Assembly: GCA_951406725.2 (NCBI GenBank)
Contig: OX597821.1
Span: 103,788,001 to 103,852,000, forward strand
Source of the DNA: Octopus vulgaris
Lineage: Eukaryota
Reading direction: 5' to 3'
DNA: 64,000 nt
Position 1 is the first letter of the stretch. Each line of letters begins with the position of its first letter. The notes beneath the pieces are model-generated. The model was not told the DNA's origin. It saw only the letters and a list, made by a program, of their open reading frames with translations, and searched no databases. Positions 26,341-39,544 of the stretch are shown in pieces. The position numbers and the translations under genes are program-made.

Positions 26341-28912
26341 AGTTTTCATCTTTAACATTCTATTAACCCTGTGGTTCCCAACCGACTTTTGGTCATGCCT
26401 TACCGAATCATTTCTAAAATCTTGATGCCCCTTTGTGATATTTACTTAATGATATTCAAAATTTGGTTAAGATTTACAATATTACTCAGAAACAAAATAA
26501 AAAGAAATACTGCATTGGATGTAAAAACAATGTGTAGGAAACGAATATAGGAAACGAAAGCAACGGGGTGGGGGAGGACTTCGGAATATTCCCAAGATCC
26601 GAGATTTTCCTTCATAACTTTTAGGAAAAAGTTTTTTTATGAAATTTTATATAAATTTCATATATATATATGTGTGTGTGTGTGTGTATATGTGCGTTAC
26701 CAGTACCATAAATCTCTCTCTATCTATCTATTTATCTCTCTGTCTGTCTGTCTGTCTCTCTCCTCTCTCTTTCTCTTTCTTTCTCTTTCTCTTCCTTCAG
26801 TGACGCTACCCCTTACTTCTACTCCATTTCAACCCATTTCACATCATTCAAATCTTTCATCCCTTACGCCCATCGCCAATTATTGCCCTATCAACACACT
26901 GCAGTATCACATTTTTCTGGTATACCTAGATTGTTTTGTCGCCACATACCCGCACACATAGGTCTGTCTCCAGTTTATTTCTCCATGGAGAATAAAGATG
27001 GTGTTGATTTCAGTACTGATCAGTTATACACTACATACATGCATGCACGCACACAAACACACACACATACACACGCAAACACACACACTCATACACGTTT
27101 GTAATCACCTACATACCACGAAATCCCCTCTTTAGTGACATCAGATGAAAACGACCTATTGTCTTTAAAGTTTCCAAAACTAGATAAAATTGTCCACAGA
27201 AAGGATATAAAGAATTTCTTTTAATAACTCATCCTCGAATTGCCCCCTTTTTCTATTGGTCTACTACTAAACATTGAGTACAACATAACCCTACGCATGC
27301 CTCACCAAAATATTACCATGCTTCACCAAAATATTATCATGCCCCACGCTAGGAATCACGGCTTTAACCTATATTATTTCGTTCGACGACCTTGTAAGAG
27401 TCGTAACATTTTCCTATACACGCACGTTTCAAACATATTATATTCTCTTCGAATTTGCTCAGAGTCCATTCTTCGCAATCAAAATTGCCTATTGGTCAAA
27501 TGAACACTTGCACGAGCCTAGGTTTTAACTTAGGACACTTTTGCTACTTTAGATGTTTTTCCATAAATATTTACATGTTGGTTAGTTAAATTATTTAACA
27601 GATTCACATAAATATTTCGTCTCGCAACTGCATCATTTTGTTTTCAATGATTTCTCATACAACAAATGATTTTCTATCCTTGTGTTTATTTTGCCAACAT
27701 TTTATATGTGTGTGCTGTCACGTTGTTTTATTTCCGTTGTTTCAGATGGTGTTTATATTTTCGGTTATCTTTGTTGTGCCAACGTAAGGACGTGTTGTAT
27801 GTGTATGTATTTTTGTGGTTTGTATGAGTGTGTGTGTGTGTGTGTGTGTGTGTGCACTTTTGTGGTTTATTGTGTGTATAGTTGTCTTTAGTTTATGATA
27901 ATCAAATTCATCTTTGTCTTTGCATTATTGTGGTGGCAGTGGTGTGTGTTGTTAATCCATTAATTTTTCTTTAGAAGGAGTGTGTGTGATTTATTATCCA
28001 TATCCAGTATGCGTAATGATTATGTAACCTATCATAGTGTGGGATCTTTGAAATGAGAGGAAATACTTTTTTATTGCAACATTGTTTATTGACCTATTTC
28101 ATTTCTGAGTGGTATGTTGGAAGTTTGTAGATATCCTCTAAAGCGTATTCACACAAGTGAAAATAAAAATCGGCCATTTCAACTACACTACGAGTAATTT
28201 CTTCTATATAGTTTGCACATATGTCTTTATTCTGCCCTAACATGTATCTCACATAGTACATTACATTGCTAGTTTTACAGTTTATCTACAGCTTGGTTGA
28301 GTACAATTTAAAATTATTGTCAGAAAAAGGGGGGTACATCTTACAATTTATTTCTTATGTTCATACTACGTGTCTGATTTTCCTCGTTTCTTTACTAACC
28401 GTTCCAGTGTATGATCATGCTCATTTTTATGATGTTCCATACTTTTATTTGACTCCCCTAGGGACTTTAATTGGATCTAGTTCTTTGTATTCTGAGTATT
28501 GTATGTGGTAGACGTTATTCGGTAATCTATTTCTTAGCTCACACGAAGGAGACATTACTGCGGTGGTAGTAGTCGTGGTGGATTTGCTGTTAATCCACTC
28601 ATTTCTTTTCTTAGAAAGTGTTTTGATTTATCGTCCATATCCAGTATGCACACTGACTATGTAACCTTCCATAGCGTAGGACCTTACTAAATGGGTACAA
28701 TCAGCATATTTATAATTTAACATGTTCGCATGCTCACGTGTGGTTAGTTGCAGTCATGACTATAGGGTTAAGATACTTACTTTGCATACGCGTCGGTTCC
28801 GGTTACGACAGATTATGCTACACACACCGGAGGTGTCTTCTACTATATCTGTAGGCCACCAATACTTTATGAATAAAAATTGGTAGACGGTAACTGTATG
28901 AAGCCTACCGTA

Positions 28913-28944
<32 letters not shown>

Positions 28945-28988
28945 TATTAATAATAATAATATTAATATTAATAATAATAATAATATTA

Positions 28989-29019
<31 letters not shown>

Positions 29020-29024
29020 TAGTT

Positions 29025-29078
<54 letters not shown>

Positions 29079-29354
29079 TGTGTGGGTGAGTTCGTGCGTT
29101 TTTTTTAGTTTGTGCTAGCCTTCCAACTTCGCCTGATAACTAGTATTGGCTTGTTTAGTTTTACAGTTATTGCCTACAAAATTGCACTTACACGTTATCG
29201 GTAAACTAGAGAATGAATTAGGAGACACTTGCCCAAAACATTTCGAGGCGGAAATGAAGCAGGAAGCAAATTTCTTAATGACAAAGCTATGCCAACAGAA
29301 CTGAACGTGTGTGTATTTTTATCTTTTAGCTTTCATTTGTTCAATTCACTGGAC

Positions 29355-29444
<90 letters not shown>

Positions 29445-29445
<1 letters not shown>

Positions 29446-29830
29446 GCGCAGGAGTGGCTGTGTGGTAAGTAGCTTGCATACCAATCACATGGTTACGGGT
29501 TCAGTCCCACTGCGTGGTTCCTTGGGCAAGTGTCTTCTACTATAGCCTCCGGCCGACCAACGCTTTGTGAGTGGACTTGGTAGACGGAAACTGAAAGAAG
29601 CCCGTCGCATATATGTACATATATGTTTGTATGTCTGTGTTTGTCCCCCAAGATCGCTTCACAACCGATGCTAGTGTGTTTACGTCCACTTGACTTGGCA
29701 GTTCGGCAAAAAAGACTGATAGAATAAGTACTAGGCTTACAAAGAATAAGTCCTGGGATCGATTCGTTTCGACTAAAGGCGGTGCTCCAGCATGGCCGCA
29801 GTCAAATGACTGAAACAAATAAAAGAATAA
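29445..29830 (+). mobile_element. SINE family A, full length
   Basis: GGCGCAGGAGTGGCTGTGTGG head through CAGTCAAATGACTGAAACAAATAAAAGAATAAA tail. Confidence 0.92.
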
Positions 29831-29843
29831 AATAATATATATG

Positions 29844-30083
29844 TAAATACAGATTAGTGGTACAACAAGGCACCAATATTTACTGGAAATAACAGTCGAT
29901 AGACTTACGACTCTACAGTAAAGGTTTACTATAGCGTCATAAATGTATCGTTTGCTATTTCCAGCAAATATTGGTGCCTTGTCGTACCACTAATCTGTAT
30001 TTATATTTATATTTATATTTATACTTCTACCATTACGGTGCTTTATTTTACTAGAAAGGAATACATTCGTATTGCAATATTTT
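29844..30083. repeat. Fold-back copy of the 6714-7200 family (imperfect palindrome 29844-30003)
   Basis: GATTAGTGGTACAACAAGGCACCAATATTT and its reverse complement; about 30000-30083 is the reverse complement of about 7038-7112. Confidence 0.85.
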
Positions 30084-30959
30084 ATGAGGGGTTCCACGTA
30101 GTTTCCATGTACCAAATTCATTCACAAAGCATGGGTCGACCCAGGGCTATAGCTTAAGGTACTTGCCAAAATATGCCGTGTAGTAGCCTCGCTTGTCTCT
30201 CTGTCGGTCACGCCGATGAGCGCCTTTCATGAGTCGATCGACCAATATCATGTCCGCGAAACTAACGTGCAAGTGTCTGAAAACTTCACAGACACGTGTA
30301 CCGTCAACGTAGCTCTCAGCGAGATTCAGCCTGACACTGAATGTAACAAAGCTGGCCCTTTGTCAGCTGAGTGGACTGTGGCAGCGTGAAATAGAGCGCC
30401 TTGCTTAAGGACACGACGCGTTGCCGGGAATCGAACTCATGACCTGACGATCGTGAGTCAAATACCCTAACCAGGAAGCCTTTACAATGGCGGCTAAAAG
30501 CTAATGAGATTCTTAACTACACAGCTATGCTTGCACTCTGAACACTTAGAGGCGGTGCTCCAGCTTCTCAGCAATTCACATCTATGAAGCTAATAAAATG
30601 AGATAGCAAAGAAAAAAATAAAAGAAATCATTCTTGTTTTAATTTAATCGAATTTATTTAAAGCAACTTATGTTGGAGTAGAAGCAGCAATGGTGAATTA
30701 ATTGATCTACTTCAGTTGACAGTAGACAACAAGTGATATCATCAGGATTCTCTCGTAAATCTCAACAACCAAAGAAAGAGGCTTTGCTGGTCTTTTATAT
30801 GTGTGAAAACATGTGACTGTGCGAATGCGCCTGGCTTACTGGTTAGGCTCTTATGTTGCGATCACAGTATCGTGCGATCAATTCCTAGATCGAGTGGTGC
30901 AATGTGTCTTCAAACAGGGTACTTTATTTAATCTTGCTCAATGCTCAACTTTCGAAGGA

Positions 30960-31225
30960 AAATGAAATTACCGGTAAAATGCTGTATCCACGCCTCCCTC
31001 CATACCCAGTAAATTTGATGAAAAGTGGGTGAATATGGAAGGGGTGATGCTTGTCAGATGGAGAGAACTGACAGATGAAGCGGGGCGATCTCCAAGTGAC
31101 ATTCCGGGTGATCTACGATCTGTTGGATTCCTTGGTTAGTTCTGGGGCGGGGGTGCTGCTTCCGACGAGGGAATTTAATTGTTTTTCTTATTTATACGTG
31201 TTTATGAAAATCCCTTCTGTTCTTC
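30960..31225 (+). repeat. Diverged duplicated segment (second copy ~33530-33790)
   Basis: Shared CCATACCCAGTAAATTTGATGAAA...GGGTGATCTACGATCT..TGGATTCCTTGGTTAGTT. Confidence 0.8.
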
Positions 31226-32589
31226 CCTGAATGTTAGGTTGTTATGTTCCTATCATAATGTCGTGCGATCAATTCCCAAATCGAGTGGCGCAATGTGCCC
31301 TCAAACAGTGTACTTATTTTAACTATGTTCAACGCTCAACAACCGAAGTAAGCGATTTGCTGGTCTTTTACATGTATTCACATATATGGCTGTGCGAAGG
31401 TACGTGGCCTACCGGTTACGTTGTTCATTTCCGATCATAATATCGTGCGATCAATTCCTAGATCGAGTGGCGTAATGTGCCCTCAAATAGAGTACTTCAT
31501 TTCACTTTGTTCAACGCTGTATCAAGATGCGTGACTTACCGGTTAGGCTGTTTGTTTCCGATCATAATGCCATGCGATCAATTCTTAAACGTATTTCATT
31601 TCATCTTTTTTCAAAGCCATAAATGTGCGCGAAAAGAAGTGGCTGTCGGAAGGCCCGTGGCCCAGTAGTTAAAGTGTTCGACTTAAAATCATAATATAGT
31701 GCTTTCAATTCCTATGGCAGACGGCGCGTATTGTTCCTGAGCAAACCACTTCATTTCACGTTGTTCAAATCAAATCAACTCCAAATTTGCAGCAACTTTC
31801 TCTCTCAGTTTGAGCCAGCTCACGACTACACAAGCACCTAAAACACTTAGCGAAAGCATGGTACACGATACCAAGCCGTACTAGTTTGTAAGGAGAGACT
31901 GGATTGTGTCATGTGGGTTTTGTTATTTGACTACAGAGGCTAAATATTGATATTATGTGGATGTTATATTGATATTATATCATGCTAATATTGCTTTTGT
32001 TGTTCTCGTTGACGCTGTCTTTCTTTTCCTTACGTTTTTGTTTCTGGTCTTATGGCTGCCGTTGTTAAATTGTTTTTATTCCAGCCAAACTCTGTAAACC
32101 TAAAGCCAAACGCGTTCAAAACATTGCGTTTCAGTATATTTGTATACCATGGAATATAGATGTTGCCCACATTTTCTTTCGATTTATTTATTTGATTATT
32201 TTTTTTGTTTAAGATGGGAAACTGTTACAAGAAATTAATATTCCAAGTCTTTGTTTCTTTTTACAGGTTACTGGAGTTGGAAGAGACTTTAATGTCGAGG
32301 ATTCCTCGGCTTGGCTGAGATTCCGGAGGAGTGGAGAGAAACATTGCTCTACCGGGATAATCTCTACAGACATGGTAAAGCTGATAGCCTGTGTGTGTGT
32401 GTGTGTGTTAATGTGTATGTGTGTGTGTGTATGTGAGTGTGTGTGTGAGTGGTGTTGTGCTTTAGAAACGTCACTCAGGTCAGGATGCCTGCAAAGCAAC
32501 GACCCCCATCTACATAAACACGTACAAAGCCCGAGCCTTACTGACCTGTGGTCGAACAGCTGCGATTGTGAGACAGATCCTTATTTCTT

Positions 32590-32998
32590 TCCTGTCCAGA
32601 AGGGGCTAAACAAAGAGGGGACAAACAATGAGAGACAAAGGAATTAAGTCGATTGCATCGACCACAGTGCATAACTGGTACTTAATTTATCGACACCGAA
32701 AGAATGAAAGGTAAAGCCGACCTCGGCGGAATTTGAACTCAGAACGTAACGGCAGACGAAATACCTATTTCTTTACTACCCACAAGGGGCCAAACACAGA
32801 GAGGACTAACAAGGACAGACAAACTGATCAAGTCGATTATACAGACCCCCAGTGAGTAACTGGTACTTATTTAATCGACCCTGAAAGGATGAAAGGCAAA
32901 GTCGACCTCGGCGGAATTTGAACTCAGAACGTAACGGCAGACGAAATACTGCTAAGCATTTCGCTCGCTGTGCTAACGTTTCTGCCAGCTCGCCGCCT
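32590..32998 (-). mobile_element. SINE family D, partial tandem
   Basis: Same organisation as 13836-14217. Confidence 0.88.
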
Positions 32999-33227
32999 TT
33001 AATTGTGAGGCAGATTCTGTAATCGATTGATTCCATCGCGAAGATTTCCTCGCACGCCTTCATTTGGCAGAGAAGTGTGGGCAATCATCCTCTGTCTATT
33101 GGTTATGATGAAGATACATTTTGTGGTTGACGCGGCCAAAGAACTAAAAACCGACATTTGCGTCCGCGCTTTTGTTTTAAATTCCATTTGTGAATGAAAT
33201 ACCTGGTTAAAGGTATAGTTGTTCTTA

Positions 33228-33432
33228 GGCGAGCTGGCAGAAACGTTAGCACGCCGGGCGAAATGCTTAGCAGCTTTTCGTCTGCAGCCACGTTCTGAGT
33301 TCAAATTCCGCCGAGGTCGACTTTGTCTTTCATCCTTTCGGGGTCGATTAAATAATCGATATAATCGACTAAATCCGTTTGTCTGTCCTTGTTTGTCCTC
33401 TCTGTGTTTAGCCCCTTGTGGGTTGTAAAGAA
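33228..33432 (+). mobile_element. SINE family D
   Basis: GGCGAGCTGGCAGAAACGTTAGCACGCCGGGCG head; lies head-to-head with the copy ending at 32998. Confidence 0.88.
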
Positions 33433-33844
33433 ATTGCTATAGTTGTTCTTAGTTAACATAAAAGTATGGTTAATTGATCTATTTCAGTTGACAGTAGACA
33501 GAACTGCCGGATAAAATTCCAATTGAAAAGGAAATTACGGTAAAATGCTGTTTCCCCGCCACCCCATACCCAGTAAATTTGATGAAAGCTAGGCGAATAT
33601 GGAAGCGCTGATGCTTGTCGGATGGAGAGAACTGATAGATGAAGTGGTGCCTTTGACATTCAGGGTGATCTACGATCTCTTGGATTCCTTGGTTAGTTTT
33701 GGGACGGTGTGCTCTCTCCGATGAGGGAATTTAGTTGCTTTTTTATTGTCTTATTTACACGTGTTTATGAAAATCTCTTCTCTCATTTGTCTTAGTTTTT
33801 TCCCTGAATGTTCTTTGCTTTTGCGACACTTTGTGGAAAAATAA

Positions 33845-33948
33845 ATCATAATCATTATCATCTCCATGATCATCATAATCATCAGCATCATCATCATCGC
33901 CATCACCGCCACTATCATCATCACCCTCATCACCATCACCATCATCAC

Positions 33949-33992
<44 letters not shown>

Positions 33993-34215
33993 CATCATCA
34001 CCATAATCATCACTATCATCACCATCAACATCACAGTCATCATCATCATCATCATCATCATCACCCCCACCATCATAATCATCACCCTCATCATAATCAT
34101 CACCATCATCATCAGCTTCACAATCATCATCATCATCACCATGATTATCATCATCAACATCATCGCCACCATCACCATCATCAACATGACGACGACGACG
34201 ACCACGACCACGACC

Positions 34216-34246
<31 letters not shown>

Positions 34247-34255
34247 TCATCATCG

Positions 34256-34287
<32 letters not shown>

Positions 34288-34310
34288 GTCATCATCATCA
34301 TCATCATAAT
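33845..34310. repeat. (CAT)n microsatellite tract
   Basis: Direct inspection. Confidence 0.95.
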
Positions 34311-34469
34311 TACGCTTTGACTTTGTCTTATTTTATATAGGCCGCAGCATCCAAGTTTCAACCAGACACGTCAAGAGACCATAGCCTTTTGCTTTTACAA
34401 TTAATGATGCAGACAGGTGAGGTAGAATGCGATGGAAAAATTGCCGTTTCTTACATACAGAAATATTTC

Positions 34470-34660
34470 ATTGTATTATTTTCTCTTTATCATAGGCTTT
34501 GTCGGAGCTCCTGGAGTCTTGCATGCGTCTTGCAGCCTACGGTACCGTGCTATTCATTCTTTTCAGCTATTTTATACTTTCTCGATTATTCTGGCTGTGC
34601 CAAGGAGGCAAACCTTTTGTAACATTTCTACTGGGTACTCTATTTCAATTTCCTTTATTA
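34470..34660 (-). mobile_element. RLE-type (R4/Dong-like) LINE 3' fragment next to (AAT)n
   Basis: Translates LQKVCLLGTARIIEKV, matching the QKxxLLGTAxI C-terminal motif. Confidence 0.7.
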
Positions 34661-34673
34661 TTATTATCATTAC

Positions 34674-34746
<73 letters not shown>

Positions 34747-34769
34747 GTTATTATTATTACAATAATCGG

Positions 34770-35540
34770 ACACTGCGACAGGTGGAACGTCCACTTCAGC
34801 ATTTTATAGAGGATTAGTGGAGGAAAAGTGCGACGACGTTCTTGAGGAGGCCAAGGGCTTCGAATAAGAGCAACTAGCCATTCGTTTCCGGAGAACTTTC
34901 GGTCTGGGATTGATGGATAATTTCCCAAAATCTCTGCCGTGGCAGTCCTACCGGGGAGCTTTGCTTGTTCGAGATAAACTTTACAGACACGGAAGTGCCG
35001 TCAGCCGAGCATTTCCGAGATGCGTGCAGGACAACGAGACACTCCTGCATGCACTTCTCCAGTGGCCGAGCATTGCTGACATGTGGGTTTATATCGAACA
35101 CTTGCTGTCGTGTGGAGGACGGATCCGACTGTCAACTGAATCCATCATGAAGATCGGCGTGCCGCCTTCCTTTAACCGGGAAGGAACGGGCTGTGTTTAT
35201 ATGCCTGATGGTCATGACGAAAGAGTTTGTATGGTGGACGAGATTGAAGGGGCTGAAAGCAAACACTTCTCTGTTTGGCCAATCCCTAATCAACTTCTTC
35301 AAGTTTTACGTGAATAGGAAAATAAAGTTAGAGAGGAAAGTGTTATCTTTTAGTAAGTTTGCCAAAAGGTGGATGAAAGTGGCGAGAATAGTGCGAGTGG
35401 ACGGGCCTGCTCTGAGCATACGCCTGTAGTCGGTAAAAAGGAAAACAAAAAAAAAAAACACTTGCTCCAAAAGTCAGGATACCCATGCTTTCATTTATGG
35501 GATTTTTCCATGAGCAGCCCTGGAACGCCTTCTCCTTATT
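34770..35540 (+). mobile_element. Tx1/L1-group LINE 3' fragment (decayed zf-RVT domain)
   Basis: W..YRGALLVRDKL....PRC....ETLLHALLQ.P....W in ORF 34910-35317; A-rich stretch near 35445-35460. Confidence 0.8.
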
Positions 35541-35694
35541 GAGAATCACACATTGTGATTTTGTTAGTCTTGTTTACACGCAAAACCTTCACAACAACAC
35601 ACACTCACACACATGCACACACATTCTTTGATTTGTCCTTTACTATCCACAATGTTTTTCTTAACGTAAACTCCTGTGGTTAAGAAAGAAATCG

Positions 35695-35695
35695 C

Positions 35696-35753
<58 letters not shown>

Positions 35754-35787
35754 GCTATTATTATTATTATTATTGCTATTATTATTA

Positions 35788-35873
<86 letters not shown>

Positions 35874-35900
35874 GCTATTATTATTATTGTTATTATTATA

Positions 35901-35942
<42 letters not shown>

Positions 35943-35971
35943 GTTATTATTATTATTATTATTATTATTGC

Positions 35972-36052
<81 letters not shown>
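35695..36052. repeat. (ATT)n microsatellite
   Basis: Direct inspection; similar tracts at 34655-34760, 46458-46808, 54650-54748 and 56118-56185. Confidence 0.95.
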
Positions 36053-36053
<1 letters not shown>

Positions 36054-37212
36054 TATAGATTCGATCATTTATTTCTTCAGTGTTTGTATCTCCATCTACT
36101 TGTGTTCTTATTCGTGCGTGAGCAGGGAAGCTCGATGGAGCCGACAGATGATTGAAACCATTTCAAGGCTAATCCTTTTTCTGACTTCATTAAACATTAT
36201 GTCTTTTCTGCTTGTCTTTTACGTTTTTCGAAATGTCAGTGTTGTGATTTTGAAGTAGATTTGGTTGTTATTTCATTATTTCTAGCAGATCTATCGACCA
36301 CTTGATAACAACTTCATTAACTTGTCCTACACCACCACCACCGCCAATACCACCACTACTACCACCACCACCACCACCACAACCAACACCACTACTCTCA
36401 CCACTACCACCGACGCGTCCACCACTATGACTAACCGCGAACACCACCACCACTACAACCACCACCACCACCACTACCACAACCACCAAAACCAATACCA
36501 CTACTCACACCACTACTACCGACACGACCACCACTATGACCAACCCGAACACCACCACCACCACCACCGCCTATCCACCTCATCATCTCCCATCTCCAAA
36601 ACCACTTCGACAAATACTGACACAACCATCACCACCTCCTTCGCCATCACCGGCGTCATCACCACCTACACCACTACCCCCACTGCAACACTTCTCCACC
36701 AACTCCACCATCTCAACAACCTTCCCCACCACTATTACCCAATCAGAACCATCATTACCACAGCCATCATAACCACCACCACCACCACCACCACCACCAC
36801 CGCCACTACCATCGCCATCACAACCACCCTCGCTACCACACCGTCACCTTCACCATCTCCAATTCCAATATCTCAAAACCACACCTACCGCCATAACCCC
36901 AACCCATCAACACACCCTCTGATATATCCAGTTTTTAAAAAAACACAAAAAACGAAATACGATAGGTGCGAATGTTTCCGTTTTAACTCAATACTTCATT
37001 GATTTATTGCTAAAATGTCCACTCCTCTATTTCAGAATTTATTTAATGTAGAAAGTCCGAATTTGTTTTGTCAAAATTTATAGAACTTAAAATTTCTGTT
37101 CTGAAAATTTTGCTCACTCAGAAGTTACTTGGACATTAAGCTTGATGGTATCGAACGAGTTATATTAGATAGAATATGTGTCACGTGAACAATCAAAATC
37201 CATTATTTTTCA

Positions 37213-37448
37213 TTTAATGCAGTTCTATATTTAGGAAATGAGGAATTATGTACATTATTTACATTTACAACTGAAAGACATTTGTCCTCATCTTGTTTGT
37301 TGTTAATAAAACGTTTCGGCTCATATGCCCTCCAGCCTTCATCAGGTGTCTTGGGGAAATTTCGAACCTGGGTTCTCATTCCTAAGGTATTTTTCGATGT
37401 TGCTATTGTTATTATTATCATTATTGTTACTGCTGCTGCTGCTGCTGC

Positions 37449-37479
<31 letters not shown>

Positions 37480-37657
37480 CTTCTTCTTCTTCTTCTTCTT
37501 CTTCTTCTTCAGGTCACTGCCTGGAATCGAACTCGGAATCATGGGGTTAGTAGCCTGCGCTCTTAACCACGGGCAAAGGGCATAGCGGTTAAGAGCGCAG
37601 GCTACTAACCCCAAGATTACGAGTTCGATTCCAGGCAGTGACCTGAATAATAATAAT

Positions 37658-37701
<44 letters not shown>

Positions 37702-37836
37702 TAATATCGAAAATACCTTAGGAAGGAGAACCCAGGTTCGAAATTTCCCCAAGCCACCTGAAGGGTATATCAGCCGAAACGTTGTGTTAACAACAAAGAA
37801 GATGGGGACAAATATCCGTCAAATGTAAATAATGTA
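37213..37836. mobile_element. Head-to-head inverted pair of a tRNA-headed SINE with hammerhead-like 3' region
   Basis: tRNA-like heads at 37508-37570 (-) and 37578-37646 (+) with GAGTTCGATTCC B box; internal trinucleotide tract; CTGATGA..GAAACGTT motif at 37305-37350 (-), core deleted in the plus copy (37753-37788). Confidence 0.85.
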
Positions 37837-38079
37837 GTTTTCCTTTGTTTTCAGTTATTGGACAGCGGCCATGATGGAGCACTGTAGTGAAGAGATTCAA
37901 TTAAACAAATCTGTCTCGGTGCATGTTCTCATTTTGAAGTGTAATACTTATTCTTGTGATCGCTTTCTCGCAAGCGCTAAGTTAGAGGGACGTAAACAAA
38001 CCAACAGTGGTTGTCAAACAGTGGAGAAGTCAAAACCAGACAAAAAGGCACTCATACTTAGATGAATATGTACACATTC

Positions 38080-38290
38080 TTTTATTCTTCTACTTCTTTC
38101 AGTCATTTGACTGTAGCCATGCTGGAGCACCGCCTTCCAGGAGTTTCTGTCGAACAAATCGACCCTCAGAAATTATTTCTTAAGCCTAGTACCAGTTATA
38201 TCAGTTTCTTAGGGCGAACTGCTAAGTTATTGTAACGGCAACACATTAACACCGGTTGTCAAGCGGTGAAGGAAAGACAGACAAAAAGTC
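38080..38290 (-). mobile_element. SINE family A 3' half
   Basis: CAGTCATTTGACTGTAGCCATGCTGGAGCACCGCC. Confidence 0.8.
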
Positions 38291-38317
38291 ACACACGTAC
38301 ACACACAAATACATACA

Positions 38318-38407
<90 letters not shown>

Positions 38408-38430
38408 ATGTGACAATTAGTTGGTTCTCA

Positions 38431-38491
38431 TAATAAAACTCAGTTTCAGGTGTCGGGGTTGAAGTCTGCTCCGGCATCTCATCAGTTATTA
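38431..38491 (-). ncRNA. Partly decayed type I hammerhead next to (TA)n
   Basis: Minus strand: TAATAA-CTGATGA-GATGCCGGAG..CCCCGACACCt-GAAA-C tga G-TT-TTATTA; core intact, stem II has several mismatches. Confidence 0.65.
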
Positions 38492-39544
38492 AGACAAACG
38501 CTATCTGGATATAATATTCACTTTGAAAACTATATATTTCGAACGGGAATTTGGCAGCGCCACCTCTAACCGAACAATTATTCTTTGCTGATGAAGAGAG
38601 ATAACCCAGTAATCGCAATACACAGATATTGTTTTGAGCCGAGTGGGGATGCTAGATTCCCTTGTTCGAAAATATAAGGACATAGATCGTGTCGTACAGC
38701 CAGCTGGAGACGATATCCCCTGGGGCTAAATTGCAGTAACATTCGTCCTAAACAAGGACTGCCATATTATGTTGGCAAATAATCTTTATTACGAAGGTAG
38801 TGCTGTTGATTATGAATATCAAAGACGTCTTGTACGATTAGAACATCACATTTGGAGCTTTACAATGAAATGTAAATTTCCAAGTAATTGAGATTAGCTT
38901 TGCAATTAACAAGCGAAATCTTACATTAAGGGTGTAAAAAGTATAAAATGATAATCAAAAGAGGGGGGTAACGCCGATTGTAATAGGTAACCTAAATTTT
39001 AGAACAATTAAGACCCATGCAGTTTCTTTTAAATTTTATTGTTTAAAGCAACAGGTTTTTGTTTCGATATTACGTGGTCTCATCAGTGGAGCATACTTTA
39101 CACGATTGGCAAGACTTCTTCAGAATGACATCTCGACCACCACCACCACCACCTCGACCACTTAACGATCTTCATCACCCGACGTTCGAGTTGGTTGCCT
39201 ACTGGCCTACATCTCAAGCTCTAATCAACCTGTAATAATAAGTCTGTCTGGCTGTCGTAGTGTTGGCTTGCTTGTTTGTGTGTTATTGTTTGTGGCTCTC
39301 TAGATCCGCCATTTCAATAGATTTTTCGTTTTGCATTGTTTGTGCGAGTGTTAATCTGTCTCACTTTCTATTTTCTCTCACACTCTATCCCTATCTCTCC
39401 TCTCTTTCTATCATCCTCTCTTTTACCACCTCTCTCTCTCTCTCTCTACTTCTTTTTCTTCTCTCTTCCGCTTCGTCTCACCTTACAAGTGTTATCTTTT
39501 GCGTATTTTATTATATGTGCTAATAGGTTTGCATGCGAGTGAAT

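Noticed and set aside
27415-27480. Minus-strand GAAACGTGCGT similar to the 17.2-kb ribozyme
   Set aside because: Core 5' half and stems are too degraded to support a call.
33751-37002. Poly-H, poly-I, poly-N and poly-T ORFs
   Set aside because: Trinucleotide microsatellites.
37578-37646. Genuine tRNA gene
   Set aside because: Acceptor stem does not pair and the sequence continues into a SINE body; the same applies to all SINE heads here.
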